Origin: the human T2T-CHM13v2.0 reference genome, Homo sapiens
Assembly (NCBI RefSeq): GCF_009914755.1
Contig: NC_060927.1
Length of the DNA stretch: 64,000 bases
Direction: 5' to 3' (one strand)
A program made the translations under genes and the position numbers. Numbering within the stretch: the stretch's first letter is position 1; each line of letters begins with the position of its first letter. Positions 1 to 14,679 of the stretch are shown here, piece by piece. The notes under the pieces are model-generated. The model saw only the letters and a list, made by a program, of their open reading frames with translations. It did not search any database and was not told where the DNA came from.

Positions 1-182
<182 letters not shown>

Positions 183-2334
183 CTAACTCAAAACTATAAG
201 TTTCTAAACAGTGATAATTTTAAATACCAAGATTTTCCAAGTTTTATCTTTTAAACATATTCATCAAATACTGATGTTAAGATACAGAAACTTTCAGAAA
301 ATAATTTTATTTCATTAATCATACCAAAGTTAAAACCAAAGATAACCTAAGGTACGGATCTTCAATGTCACTGTGGAATGGAAAGGGAGATCTACACATT
401 TCAGATAAATACAGAGTCTATAAATGAAACAAAGTTTTAAAAAAACCAACATACAACCAACTACTGCTTGATACTTCTACTTTCTTAAACATTCTTAAGA
501 CACCCAAATTCTTCTATCCCCCCACTTCTTATGCTGCTTAACTCTTACATCTATCCTTTCTCATAAGTCATCTAATCTAAGTAGAGAAAGGAAGAGAAAA
601 ATCAAGAATGCATTTACATGGATGAATTAAAATAACACTAGAGAGTTACATGCAACCTTTCTGTGTGCATTCCTTTTCACGTTCTTAAGAGTTTAACTGT
701 ACAAAGGATCAAACTATAAATTAGATTTTTTCTTAAAAGTTATTTAAAATGTCATAATAAAGTCATTTCCAAAATGCTACTTGAGAATATCATAATTGCA
801 AACATCTTATCATGAACTAGTGCAAACAGGAAGGTTGTATCTATGAGCTATCTTCCTGTGAGGCATTCTATCTCTTAGAGTGTAGCTTCTGAAATGTAGA
901 ATATGTAACTATATTCAAATGCTAGTATATAACACTGTCAGACTGACAAAGTCAAATATATTAAAAGTCTCTGCTTTATTAGTTATACTTAAGACTGCTA
1001 AAGTAGTCTTTCATAATAACCACTGTTTGACCACAAGATATTATGGATGAAATTCTGACATTTTACTTATTTATTAGAAGGAAAAATAACTGAGTGTGTT
1101 AGAAAGTATCTAAGTTTAATTTAATGATAATAGTAGACTCACTCTACTAACTTTATTTCCTTCCTGCAAACTCATTAGAAATACTCAGAAAATTTGTCTA
1201 CATGACTTCGGAAAATGTTAAAAAATTTTACTATAGTCAAATTATGGTCAAGTGTTCTTATATTATTATTAGAGCTCATTAGAAACAAAATCTCAATTTT
1301 CTTCACCTGATTCATGAACACAAATAACTTGTTAATTACATTATGAAGGTAAAAGTATATACCATCCTATAGAAATTTTTAGAAATCTGATTCTTCAAGG
1401 TTATAGGTAACTGAATTAAGAACTATGCTTTACCCAACTATTGTATAAGATTTGATTATGATAAAAACAGTAACATTATTGATCCCCTGGCTTACAGATC
1501 ATGTTAATTAGTCTGCAGTACAAACTGTCTGAATTGCCTTGAAGGATTAAGGAATGCTCTCCTTTACCTGGTTAAACATGGCCAGGGTCCACTGCATATG
1601 CAGTGGCTGGTTCTTCTCCCAGCAGCTGAGTTTTGTTTTTAACATAAGCTAGTTTTTTTTCTTTCCAACTTGTTTATCACAGTTGTTTTGTGATTACAGC
1701 AACATAATTTATATAAATGTTATAAAAACCAGTGAAATATGACTTCAACAATAAAACTGCTTCAAGGAACATTAAGTTGAGACATAAACTGCTTTCAAAT
1801 TAGGTACAGACTACTCTAATAGTAGGAAAAAAACCGCACAAATCTGGAAAAATTCTGCACTCAAATTGCCTTGTGACTATCTTTAGAATCCCTCTTTAAA
1901 GAAAAACTAGCAGTATAAACTGTGGATAATGTACAATGAAAGTGCCAGAAAGTCTACAGTCATCTCCAATCTGCAGAACTGCTTCAATGGAAAGACCTTG
2001 GTCTCTCCAGATGAAAAATGAATGAATTTATAAAGTTAAAATAAAATGTTTAAGCTATATATGTGTAACATTTTGTGATTTCCAGCTTCAGCTAACTTTT
2101 TGACTAACAATTATTGGTCTCAGTCTAGACAGGTATGAGATCTTCTCTTGTGATGCCAATAGGATATCAATCCCCTCCCCCTCTCTACATGCTAAGAAGT
2201 AGGAACTTCTGAAGAGTCGTATGTCAGTGAGACCTGTTTTTATTAAAAAAAAAATTTCTATGTGTTCAGAAGATGCCCACCCCCGCTCCGCCCTCCCCAA
2301 CCCACACACACTCATGACTTTGGGGGTTGTATAC

Positions 2335-2629
<295 letters not shown>

Positions 2630-3158
2630 TCTGTAGTGTACTTTTAATAAATGAAGTGTCATTTAGGTAAAAGATGGATATTTATATTTTTTAATTTTTA
2701 TTTTTCTATATGCTTATTTCTCTAAGAAAAACAAATGAATATTAAATATTTTACTGGAGAAAGGGAAGCTGGCTTGAGTTTCAAATGTGTTATAGAGAAA
2801 TTCTGGTATAATGGAAGGAGTACCAGTTTGGAAGTCATGGGACCTAGAACCAATCAGGTCTGTCGCTTATTTGCTGTTTAAGCAAATTACTTAACCTCTC
2901 TAGTACCTGGCATTCTGATACAGAAAAAGACGAGACTGAACTAAATCAACTCCAGAATTTCTTTCATTTCACCATTTCCAGTGAAGGTGGTTACAGGGCC
3001 AGAGAAGTAGTGGAGCCAAGAGAAATCTCATTCCACAGAGGCCTTTTAAATGAAGACAGACATACCCTTATGAGAGGCCTTAATAATGGGTCTACAGAAT
3101 ACTAGAGAGAATGTGCCCTTTCCAAGTCTTGTCCACCTGTATCAGTTTGATGTTAATC

Positions 3159-3453
<295 letters not shown>

Positions 3454-4818
3454 TGATGTTAATCTTTACTAGAGTCAAAAATCCATTCCTTGTCTTGTTT
3501 TCAGAGTTAACGGTATACTGCCATCTTGTGTTCAATAGTTTTTCCACAATCAAAAGTCACTAATGTCAAGACAGTCTGAGAAATATACTTTTCCCCAAGT
3601 CAATTTTCCTTAATGATTTCTATAAAAGTATTCACAAATAATCAAAATTGTATGAAGATAAGAAGTACTTTAAAAATGGAACTGTTAGCAAAATCCACAG
3701 TAACAAAACAGTTTGCTAATTATCATAATGCAGACCACCCCCACCCGCCCCAGGAGATCATTCTTTCATTCATTTATATAAAATTTATGGTCCTAAATGT
3801 AAAACATAAATAAGTCTTGGTCATTGTTCTCAAGCAGCTTATCTATTGAGGGAGACGTACATAAAATCCTGTCAGGACAGTGCAATGTGGTAAGGCTATC
3901 AAAGTTTGCACAGTGAATGTTCTGGAGAAGTACCTGGGGAGAACTAAACACCCTAAGAGCTCTGGCAATCCCATCTCACATGCCTCTATGCTCTCTTTAG
4001 CTCCAAGGAGCTACCTGACATGTCAATATTTTCATAATTCAAAAATATATAGGAACGCCCACCATGTGAACAAAACAGACAAAACGTTCCTGCCCTCATG
4101 CTGCTCACATTGTTTTTTCAGTCTTAATCCCCCACCCCGCCCAAAAAAACCCCAAAATACTCAGAACTTGCATGTGTTCAGAAGATACCACCTGGGCAAC
4201 ACAGAGGTCTGATGAGATTTTCAACTGTGGGTATAAATTGGAAACCAATTCACTAGTACTTGTATTGCGTACCAGGACTGTGTATCTGTGAGACCTCACG
4301 GGTGATGCCACAGTTTAGAAGCACTCCGTTAAGAGGTAATATCCAATGATCAAAGCAAATGCTTTGTTTCCTTTTTAAAAGAGGATAAAATAAACTGGAC
4401 TTTTTTGTGTCTGTTTTAATGTGTATCCCTTGAATTTGTGCAAAACCCAGCCATGACAGCTTTGTCAAAATGAATAACTGCTGAAACAGTATACTCAGGG
4501 AATTTCTAAATGTCACAAGGCACATAGACTACAAGTATTTATTGATCATTTATTATGTAAATAGCATTTCTGGGTGATATAAAATTCACACTGGAGAGGG
4601 ACACGAAATATAAATGGCTTTTATAGCTCAGCTGGAGCAGTAGGCAGATGTAACCAGTGTGGCTTTCAAACATCATAGCAATGCTACAAAAACCACAGCT
4701 GTCCTGGTGAGCACACGAACAGCTCACAAGCCTCTGGTCTCCCTATCCTCTTATGCTCCGAGAGGCCTTCAATCCTAAAGAAGCCAAATCCCAAACAACA
4801 CTTCCCTTTGGATTTACA

Positions 4819-4987
4819 TGATTGTTCTCAAACCTGGAGAGACATTAGAATCACCTGAAAATCATTTTTAAAAGATGCTGCAGCCTCATCACTCTCTGGA
4901 GATGGGAGATGAGGTTGGAACTCAAGCTTCTATAGTTTTAAAAGCTTCCCAGGTGATTCTGATGCATAGCAAGGTTGGAAACCACTG
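4819..4987. mobile_element. MER5-like hAT-Charlie DNA transposon
   Basis: ttctcaaac...cattagaatcacctg...caggtgattctgatgca...aaccactg, with internal inverted symmetry. Confidence 0.7.
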
Positions 4988-5123
4988 GGCTATACCTTAG
5001 AAGGGAAAGAGAACAACTAGTTAAAAGTTACAAAATATGAAGGCTCAGTAGAACAGAAAAAGTACAAGAAAACTATTTCATTAGGAAACATTCAAAGAGC
5101 ATTAAGGTATATGTTATTTCTTA

Positions 5124-5288
<165 letters not shown>

Positions 5289-5400
5289 TTAAAAGGAAAG
5301 AATTTTGAACATTTGAGTTTTAAATATATGCAAAGTAGGCAAAGCAATAAATACAGGTAAACAATTTATAGAATCAACCCTTACTACAAAGCTAGGATAA

Positions 5401-5706
5401 TTTTATTTATTTATTTATTTGTTTGAGATGGAGTCTTGCTGCGTTGCCCAGACTAGAGAGCAGTGGCATGAGCTCGGCTTGCTGCAGCCTCTGCCTCCCA
5501 GGTTCAAGTGATTCTCCTGCCCCAGCTGCCTGAGTAGCTGGGATTACAGGCACATACCACCACGCCTGGCTAATTTTTGTATTTTTAGTAGAGACGGGGT
5601 TTCACCATGTTGGTCAGGCTGGTCTCAAACTCCCGACCTCAGGTGATCCACCCGCCTCGGCCTCCCAAAGTGCTGGGAGTATAGGCGTGAGCTACCATGC
5701 CCGGCC
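5401..5706 (-). mobile_element. AluS-type SINE (CRBN intron 3)
   Basis: (TTTA)n tail, full Alu reverse complement, TSD AATTTTATTTATT. Confidence 0.96.
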
Positions 5707-6406
5707 AATTTTATTTATTTTTAAATCACATGGGGGATATACAAGAAGGACTCAGGAAGTACAATTAGAGAACTTTAGGAAAATAATAGATTTCTAGTCA
5801 CTGAAAATAATTTAGAACTTACAGGGGTTTAAACTCATTTCCCAAACCAAACATTCTTTCACTCTGTCAAATGACTTATCATTTCTGCTGCTTACTGGCA
5901 GCACTGTACTGGGGTGGGAGCTTCCTGTATGTATTTCCTGCCTCTACCGCAGATTTCCTTTATTTGCCATGGGATACTTAAAATTCAGCTTCAATTTAAA
6001 GTGGTACAACCTATGAATTTTGAGAGAGAGGGAAAGAAAAGACCACTCTTTTGGAAAAGTAATCCTTTACGTTAAAATAAAAAAGCACTACTTCTCTATA
6101 ATGAAGACAGTTATTGAAACTAAGATTCCAGAAATGTTTTTCATCAAATATAAATGATTAAAAATTTTTCAAATACCAGAAAGTTAAATTGTGTATGAAG
6201 GTGAAGAGCTGAGTTAGATGGTAATGAAATGAACAAAAATACTCCAACTTGCACTATCAAACTTCTACTTAACCAAATTCCTAACCTCACATTCTTACCC
6301 AACCTCTCCTGTACATGCGAAATAACAGCCTGCTTTGGCTTCAACACTGACCACTGCAATTACCCATGAGAGGGAATGTATTAAGCAAATGGACTCTAAT
6401 ATTTTA

Positions 6407-6610
<204 letters not shown>

Positions 6611-6691
6611 CTATATAAGAACATATATAGGTATAGTGTCATGATCGATATGTAATAAAAATGTAAGCTCAACAGACTAAAGAGCAAATCA

Positions 6692-7010
<319 letters not shown>

Positions 7011-7484
7011 TACAAATGGGGTTACAAACACTTAACGTGGTATATAAGCATCCCATGTTAAAATATAATTTTTAATCTAACTTTAACTCTTAGAAGAATT
7101 TCTAATCTTTTATGAATATATCACAAACACAGAAACTCAAGAATTTTTTTAGTACAAAGTATTATTTTTACCAAGAAATATCTCTATGCCCACATATCAC
7201 AAACAGTAAGTATAAAATGTTAGTATGTTCAATAACACTCTAGTACCTAGAAGTACAGAGAAGTATTTAATAGCTCAATTACTAGAAAGAGTATAAAGAG
7301 CAACAATTCCTCAAACAATTCTACCACAACATAGTATTAAGCTTCTTAAAAATTACAGTTAAATGTTTATCTACAGTTAAATGAGGACTACATGTCCTCA
7401 TCCACAATTTCTGATATCTAGTAATACAAATATCAGTCACTTGTTTTTATGAACTTTTATCTACATTTAAATGTATATCTATTA

Positions 7485-7688
<204 letters not shown>

Positions 7689-7794
7689 TCAAAAGAGGGG
7701 TACTTCTAAAACCACATGCATTTGGTAAACTCTACAGCACCGTGAAGAGGGAGCCAGAGGACTGGGGTCCGTGCTGGGCTCTGTCAGTAGCTAT

Positions 7795-8540
7795 TTTTTT
7801 TTTTAAGTCAACTGTGAATTTTAGAATAGTTTAACATTTACAGAGAAGTGTAAAGATAGTACAGAATGCTCCCGTGTGTCACACATCCTTTTCCCCTATA
7901 GTTAATTTATATTAGTATGGTACATTTGCCACAACGAAGGAATCAGTCTTGGTACATTACTCTAACTAAGCTTCATATTTTAAATGGATTCCCTTAGTTT
8001 TTATCTAGTCTTTTTGCGTTCCAGGATCCCACTTTACATTTAGTTATCAGGTCCCCCTACCCTCCTCTGGGCTAGGGGGGTTTTCAGACTTTGCTTGTTT
8101 CTGAGTTTTGAGGAGTACTGGTCAGGCCTTTTGTAGAGTATCCCTCAACTGGGTTTTGTTTGATGTAATTCCCATGATTAGACTGAGGATACGTGTTTTA
8201 GGGAGGAAGACCACAGAAGTGAAGTGTTGTTATTCTTTTCCTTTTTAGAAATGGGGTCTGTTGCCAATGTGCTGTTTTTATTACATATCCAGCCTATATA
8301 TTATGAACTATTCCTGCTGTTAACCTTGATCACCTGGCTAAAGCAGTGTGTGTCAGGTTTTTCCGCTGTAAAGTTCCTTTCCCCCCTCCTTTTCACATTG
8401 TACCCTTCGGAAGCAAATCACTAGGTGTAGCCTCCACTTCAGGGGTGATGAGTTATGCTCCACTCCCTTGAAGAGGAAATGTAAGTTATTTAAAATTCTT
8501 CTATATGGGAGATTTTTCTCTTCTCCCTCACCAGTAACTA
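7795..8540 (-). mobile_element. Old L1 (L1M-class) 3' end fragment
   Basis: tttagaatagtttaacatttacagagaagtgtaaagatagtacaga... resembles a reverse-complemented L1MC/MD/ME 3' UTR. Confidence 0.6.
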
Positions 8541-8794
8541 ATTTTAACACCTTAGACAACTCATTCTGCCCAATTAAATTTTAGTTTCCTCATCTGCAAA
8601 ATGATAGGCTTCAACAAGTCAACCTCTAACGTTCTCTCAAACTCTCAACTTCAATCAGTTCCTACATAAGTAAGAAAAGAAACAAAGCAGGCAAGATCTG
8701 TTAATTAAAACTGAGAGAAAGATAACCTAGCAGGAAGAATTTCACAGCATTTTTCTAGTGACAACATTTCCCTGGCAGTCGCTACATTATCTTA

Positions 8795-9112
<318 letters not shown>

Positions 9113-9320
9113 TCATTTGCATACTATTTTGCTTAATTTTAAATTTAAAAATAAAGTTTGCATGAAGCATAAAACATTTTAAAAGAATGTCTTAGAAAAC
9201 CAGATGTTACCAATGACAGCAAAGAAAATTAGAAAACGCTACACAATACATATGCTATTGTACTAACTGTGAGTCTGTCCTTTTCATACAAACTATGAGT
9301 AAATTTCCTATCCTAGACCA

Positions 9321-9503
9321 GTGACTCTCAACCACAGGTGATTTTGCCCCTCAGGGGATATTGGTTGCAATAACTAAGGGAGTCCTACTGGCATCTAGTG
9401 GGTAGAGGCCAGGGATGCAGCTAAATATCCTACAATGCACGAGACAATCCCACCCAAAGAATTCTCCAGCCCAAAAGTCCAGTGCTGAGGTTGGGAGACC
9501 CTG
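9321..9503 (+). mobile_element. MER20 DNA transposon
   Basis: cagtgactctcaacc...gattttgcccc...ctactggcatctagtgggtagaggccagggatgc...gagaccctg. Confidence 0.8.
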
Positions 9504-11379
9504 GCCTAGACTAACAATAAAGAATTACTGAATCTCATTTCTCACCTCCCAGTTCATGTATTTTTAAATGCCCCAAATAAACTTCTAAATCGATAAAATG
9601 TCATTACGAAATAATCATTTGTTTTCCTTTGCATATCATTATTTAAGTCAAACCACCTCTAGCCAGGCCCCTGACAGAAAATAAAAATGATTTTCAATAT
9701 GGTAACTGCCTTGGACTTTCTATTTATTATTACAACTTCCTAGATATAAAACTTTGTCAAAAACAGAATTACTTCAACTTATATGTAAATAGCCAATGGT
9801 CTAACACTTCATACAAATTTTCCTTGGAACATGTAAGTTTCACTGAGATAAAAAAAGAGCTATCTAAATGGATGACAAAAATATTCTGCATCAAATTGTT
9901 TGTATTTCCAACTCTGACAGTATGGCTATCACTTGGCATGCAGCACAACCCACTTTATTGCTCTACTACAGAAAGTTTAAAAGATAAACTATTAGCTCAA
10001 AGGCTGGAATTAATATTGTTAAAAATTTACATTTTAACTGTTCTGACTCCTAGTCTCTAAATAATTTCTTTAGTAACCTTTTTTTCATAAATATGGCTAA
10101 AAACCACTTTCCCCTACTCAGTTATGTTTATTAATGTTTCATTTGCCTAGGATAAACTCTTCACATCTCAAATATAAAGCTTTTTGTTGGAACTTAGAGG
10201 ATTTACTCTTCAGAACAACTCGTACTACATGGAATTATGGAAAGCCCAGTGTTTCCCTACAAATAAAATTTACGTAATTTGGAGAGGCATTATTGCTATA
10301 TCTACACCATCTCTGGGCCCTCTCCCGATGCTTTTCTGAAAAACAAAAAACAAAACAAAACAAACAAAAAAAAAACAAACAAAAAACCACGCTGACTGTT
10401 CAGAGCTATCAGTGAAGTCTGATGACTCATCTCATGCAGAGGCACGATGTGAATGTCGACAGAAGATCAGTATCCTCCCTCTTCTATTCACCATTCTCCC
10501 TGAAACACCGGATTTGGCACAGAGAGTAGGGCTAATGTCTCTGAAAAAATAGCTCAGCTTTCCATCAAAGGCTGGCACACTTACCCTTGTGTCAACTCAG
10601 CTAGAATGGCTTCGAGAACAACCAGTGACTATGGTTTATTTTTACAGAAAAGTTCTCTCCTATATGGTGGGCACGCACTCAGTCTCTTCCTCTTTTAATC
10701 CATGCTGCTACCAGTGGACAAATTAATCTTCCAAGCATAGATTTCTTTAGGCAATTACCTGAAACCTAAAACTGTTTCTTGGCAATCCACAGGAAAAACC
10801 CAAACCCACTGGCAAGAGATGCCAGTTTCCCAGCAACTTAGACCCAATATACCTCCTAGGCCTTATGTCCCACAACCATATCCTAAATATGTGCTTTTAG
10901 ATGTCTCCTGATCTACCTGAAAGGCTTTTTCCCAAATCCTCTGACCCTTAAACAACCTCTGCCTCTGAAGAGCCACAACAGCATTCATTTATCTGGCCCT
11001 AAATCAACCGCCTCTGCAGTTGATTTACGTTTAGTTATATTCTCAGCAGCCCCGCCTAGACAGTAAACCTCAATTATCAGATTGTGTATTACCTCTCGTT
11101 TCATCTCCACAACACCTAACATACTTGTCATATAACGAAGGGACTCAAGTAACACTTTCAAGTTTGGATGATACACCTTTTGGAAAGCATCTCTTGAAAG
11201 GCATTCCATGAAAAGTTTATGCAATATTCCATGCCTTTTTTTTTTTGTTCAGTATTTCAACACAAGGCCAAAGTCTAAACATTTCACACAACATACACGA
11301 AAAAGAAAAACTAAGTATCTCTGATTAAGCATAATCGTACATGCCTGAGAAAGACCGATAGTAAGAAAAACAAAACAGA

Positions 11380-11600
11380 GAAGTGGTTTAGAGATATAAT
11401 GACAGACACACCCGGGTTGGAATCCTGACTCTGCTGTGTGACCTTGGGCAAGTCATTGAACTAATCTGCAAATCCAATACTCGCTTATCAAATCGGAAAC
11501 TGAAAACTGATGTGGGAAGGATTAAAAGGCGACATGCATGCAAAGCGTTAACTGCACGGCTCGTAACATGGTAAGTGCTTAGTACATGTTAGCTGTCACT
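11380..11600 (+). mobile_element. MIR SINE
   Basis: MIR core ggttggaatcctgactctg...tgtgaccttgggcaagtca, ending ...tggtaagtgctt. Confidence 0.7.
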
Positions 11601-11968
11601 CTTATTAAAAGGAAGGAGACCAGCAAAAGTAACCGCTGTGAATCTGACCCGGTCCTCTAGTTTCAGAGCATTTCCTAGGAGCTAAACTCAGAACACAAGG
11701 AGGATGGAGAGGATGGGTTTCCTATTCTTAATAGCAAATGCTCCCCCCGACACCCTGGCTCACGGCTCGGGGCAACAGAGCAGCGAAGAAAGCGCCGCGA
11801 CTCCATCGCTGGCCGAGGGCCGACGTGAAGCAGCTTTCCGGTGCGGCCCTGCTGGGCTGGCTCGCCAGGCTTGGCGCCCCCACGCCCGCCTCCCAGGCCC
11901 AGCTGCACCGCTAGCGGCTCCGAGCCTCGCCCCACTCCCGACTACAGGGAACTACTCCGGGCGGTTAC

Positions 11969-12035
11969 CAGGCAGGAGCGGCAGGTGGTTGCCCATGTTG
12001 TGCGCAGCGTCCTGCTGATCTCCTTCGCCGGCCAT
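11969..12035 (-). CDS. CRBN: Cereblon coding part of exon 1 (67 nt)
   Basis: ATG at 12035 in context GACATGG, with an in-frame TAA 9 nt upstream. Encodes MAGEGDQQDAAHNMGNHLPLLP. Donor G|gtaacc at 11969/11968. Confidence 0.98.
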
Positions 12036-12126
12036 GTCTGTTTACCCGCAAAGGAGGCTGGGACAGGGCGGTGCCGAAGACTCCGAGGGAGGGTCCGTGT
12101 CGCGCGGCTGCCGCGCACCGGGGCCA

Positions 12127-12145
12127 CAGCGCCCCCTGGCGGCCC
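12127..12145 (-). promoter_or_regulatory. CTCF core motif in the CRBN promoter
   Basis: Minus strand reads GGGCCGCCAGGGGGCGCTG versus consensus TGGCCACCAGGGGGCGCTA. Confidence 0.75.
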
Positions 12146-14319
12146 CAGGGGAGCAGACGGCGGCGCGTACCCAAGCCTGAAAGTGATGGCCTAGGCGGGA
12201 GGGACAATTACAGGCCTGCGCTCCGTCCCGGGGACAGAACGCCAACGCCGTCCCCTGCCATCCACGGCTGAGTGCCCGGCGTACACGCTGCAGAGCCCTC
12301 ACTTTGTTCCAGCCCTTAGCATGACTTATTTAATCCTGATATTTTGCATATGGAGAAACTGAGGCTGAGAGCCTTTAGTCTCCACCTTGTTTTTAAACGA
12401 AGGGGGCAGGGAGCAAATAGAAACCTGTTCATGCAGCATTAGTTTCAATTCTTAAAATAAGAAGCATATATGTGAAGGCTGGGGAAATCCATCAGTTATT
12501 CCGAGGGTGGTTGAATTATTGCTGATTTTCTTCAGTAGTTTCAATGTATGTACATACAACTTCAATAACTTCAGTAGTTTCCATATATGTACATTACATT
12601 CCAAAATTAACAAGTATTAATCAGAAACATACTTGAAATGATGATTGCACAGAATGGAAAACGCCTTATAATTGGTAAATAAAATTGTCTGAATATAAAC
12701 TAGCCTACTCATTATGACTTCAGCTATGTAAAAACAAGTCACTGTGGCAAAAAAGAAAGACTATGTAAAAAATGAAGATAATTCTGTTATAATGGTGGAG
12801 TTGTGACTGGTAAGATATTTGTTTTGGAGGGTGGACAAAAGTTTTCGTAGTGTATTTCAGTATCACTTTTTCAGCGAGGAAGGAAAACTGAAAAATCCTT
12901 AAATGAAATACAACATCTAAACATGGTAGTGGTGGTGGTGGGCGGAGGCTGAGAGGAAGCAGCAGCATTGCTCAACAGAAAAGTCATGGATCTGAGATTT
13001 GAAAAAATGATTTCAGAAAATTTGCCTCCCTGATAAGTTACAAGCAGAAAACTCCCTTGTGACAGAGGCTTGTGAATCATTCCTGTGTCATTTTGCCTCC
13101 TGTCTCCGAATCAGTCTGTGGTCTTTGTCAAATCACTTATGGCTGCGGGCCTCAATTCGCCCATTTGCAAAATAAGAACGAACCAAATAGTGTCGCCTAT
13201 TTGTTCCAGTTAATAATGTCTGCAACATGAATCATAGCATCACCTTTTACGATGAGGTAAATAACAATTACATATACTACGTAATGATTTAACGGAGTTA
13301 AGGTGATCACTCCAGTCAATTGAAGGATGATTCTATGCCAGAATGCCAGCACAGAACGATGAGGGAATGGCCGGTGTATTGGTGTGCGTGTGTGTGTGCA
13401 CACGTGAAAGAGAGAGAGAACGCAAGCAAGCAGGGAGCATGCACTAAGTAATATGTGTGTGTGTTTGATGCTGTAACATTATGTCTCACTACAGTTTGTA
13501 GAATTTCAATAACCTGTGCTTACGTGCAGTAGAATTTTCTTTACACAAGCATCTAGCTTCTGAATAAGTAAGCTCTGACTTTCCAGTCATTCTCCCCAGA
13601 GGTGATACCAGAATTGTCTGAACCCTGGGTCAATCAAGACTTCTCCGGACGAGAAAGCACAGCTGCAAGGCTGGTGGAGTCTACAAATGTGGCTGGAGAA
13701 GCACTGGCTCTTTCTCTGTTCTTTTGTGCATTGCTACAGATCACCGGAGCTCACATCTGTGTATCTTTTACTCCCCCATTCTCCTCCTCTCCTCTCCGCT
13801 CTTCACATTCATCACCTGCTCCCTCCTTCATTTTATCCCTCCAGAGTCTACCTAGTCATCCACAGCTACACCTTTCAGTAGGGATAACAGATGATCATTG
13901 AACAAAAATATCTAAGCAAGCAGGTTTCTTGGATTAAGCACTGGTTATTAAAACCAAAAGGAAAACATGGTCATTTACCATTTGTTTAATTTGGTAACTT
14001 TATCCTGAAAGAAGATATCATACTGAGTTGTTCCTAACATTTCCTCTTGCTTGCGTGCAGTATCAATGGATAAGGAGCTCTGCAAGCCAGAGGGAAAAGA
14101 AATATATATGTTCATAGATCACTGTCTTACAGCTCAAGAATTAACTTTAATAGTACAGAATTAAGGGTGGTAGAAGACGGGAGAAAATGTAAATGAAAAG
14201 GACCATCGCTCTTTCCATTTCTGGCTTCTACACAATATTAGCAGCAAGGAGCACATAGACTGGGAGAGGACATTTCTGTCTCCCTTTATTTTGTATTTTC
14301 TCTCTCTCTGTCTCTCTTC

Positions 14320-14643
14320 ATATATATATATATATATATATAAAATTTTTTTTTCTCGAGACAGGGTCTTGCTCTGTCCCAGGCTGCAGTGCAGTGGTGC
14401 AATCTTGGCTCACTGCAACTTCCACCTCCTGGGCTCAAGTGATCTTCCTACCTCAGCCTCCAGAGGAGCTGGGACCATAGGCACCAGCCACCACGGCCAG
14501 CTAATTTTTGTATTTTTTATAGAGATGGGGTTTTGTCATGTTTCCCAGGCTGATCTCGAACTCCTGAGCTTAAATAATCTGCCCACCTCCACCTCCCAAA
14601 GTGCTGGGGTTAAGGGATTAAGGATGAGCCACCATGCCCAGCC
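14320..14643 (-). mobile_element. AluJ-type SINE with adjacent (TA)n
   Basis: (TA)n at 14320-14342, then gagacagggtcttgctct...ctcctgggctcaagtgat...gcccagcc. Confidence 0.92.
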
Positions 14644-14679
14644 TCTACATATTTTTTTAATGTGTTAAAGAATGCTACT

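Larger units (their letters stand above)
11690..12300. promoter_or_regulatory. CpG island / CRBN promoter (TSS expected shortly upstream of 12035 on the minus strand)
   Basis: Abrupt rise in GC and CpG density around exon 1 within AT-rich flanks; no obvious TATA box. Boundaries approximate. Confidence 0.9.

Noticed and set aside
6144-6359. 71-aa ORF just downstream of exon 3
   Set aside because: Non-ATG start, no homology recognised, and exon 3 read-through stops immediately (AGG TAA).
11675-12302. Overlapping ORFs across the CpG island
   Set aside because: Expected from stop-codon scarcity in GC-rich DNA; only the 12035 ATG frame splices into cereblon.
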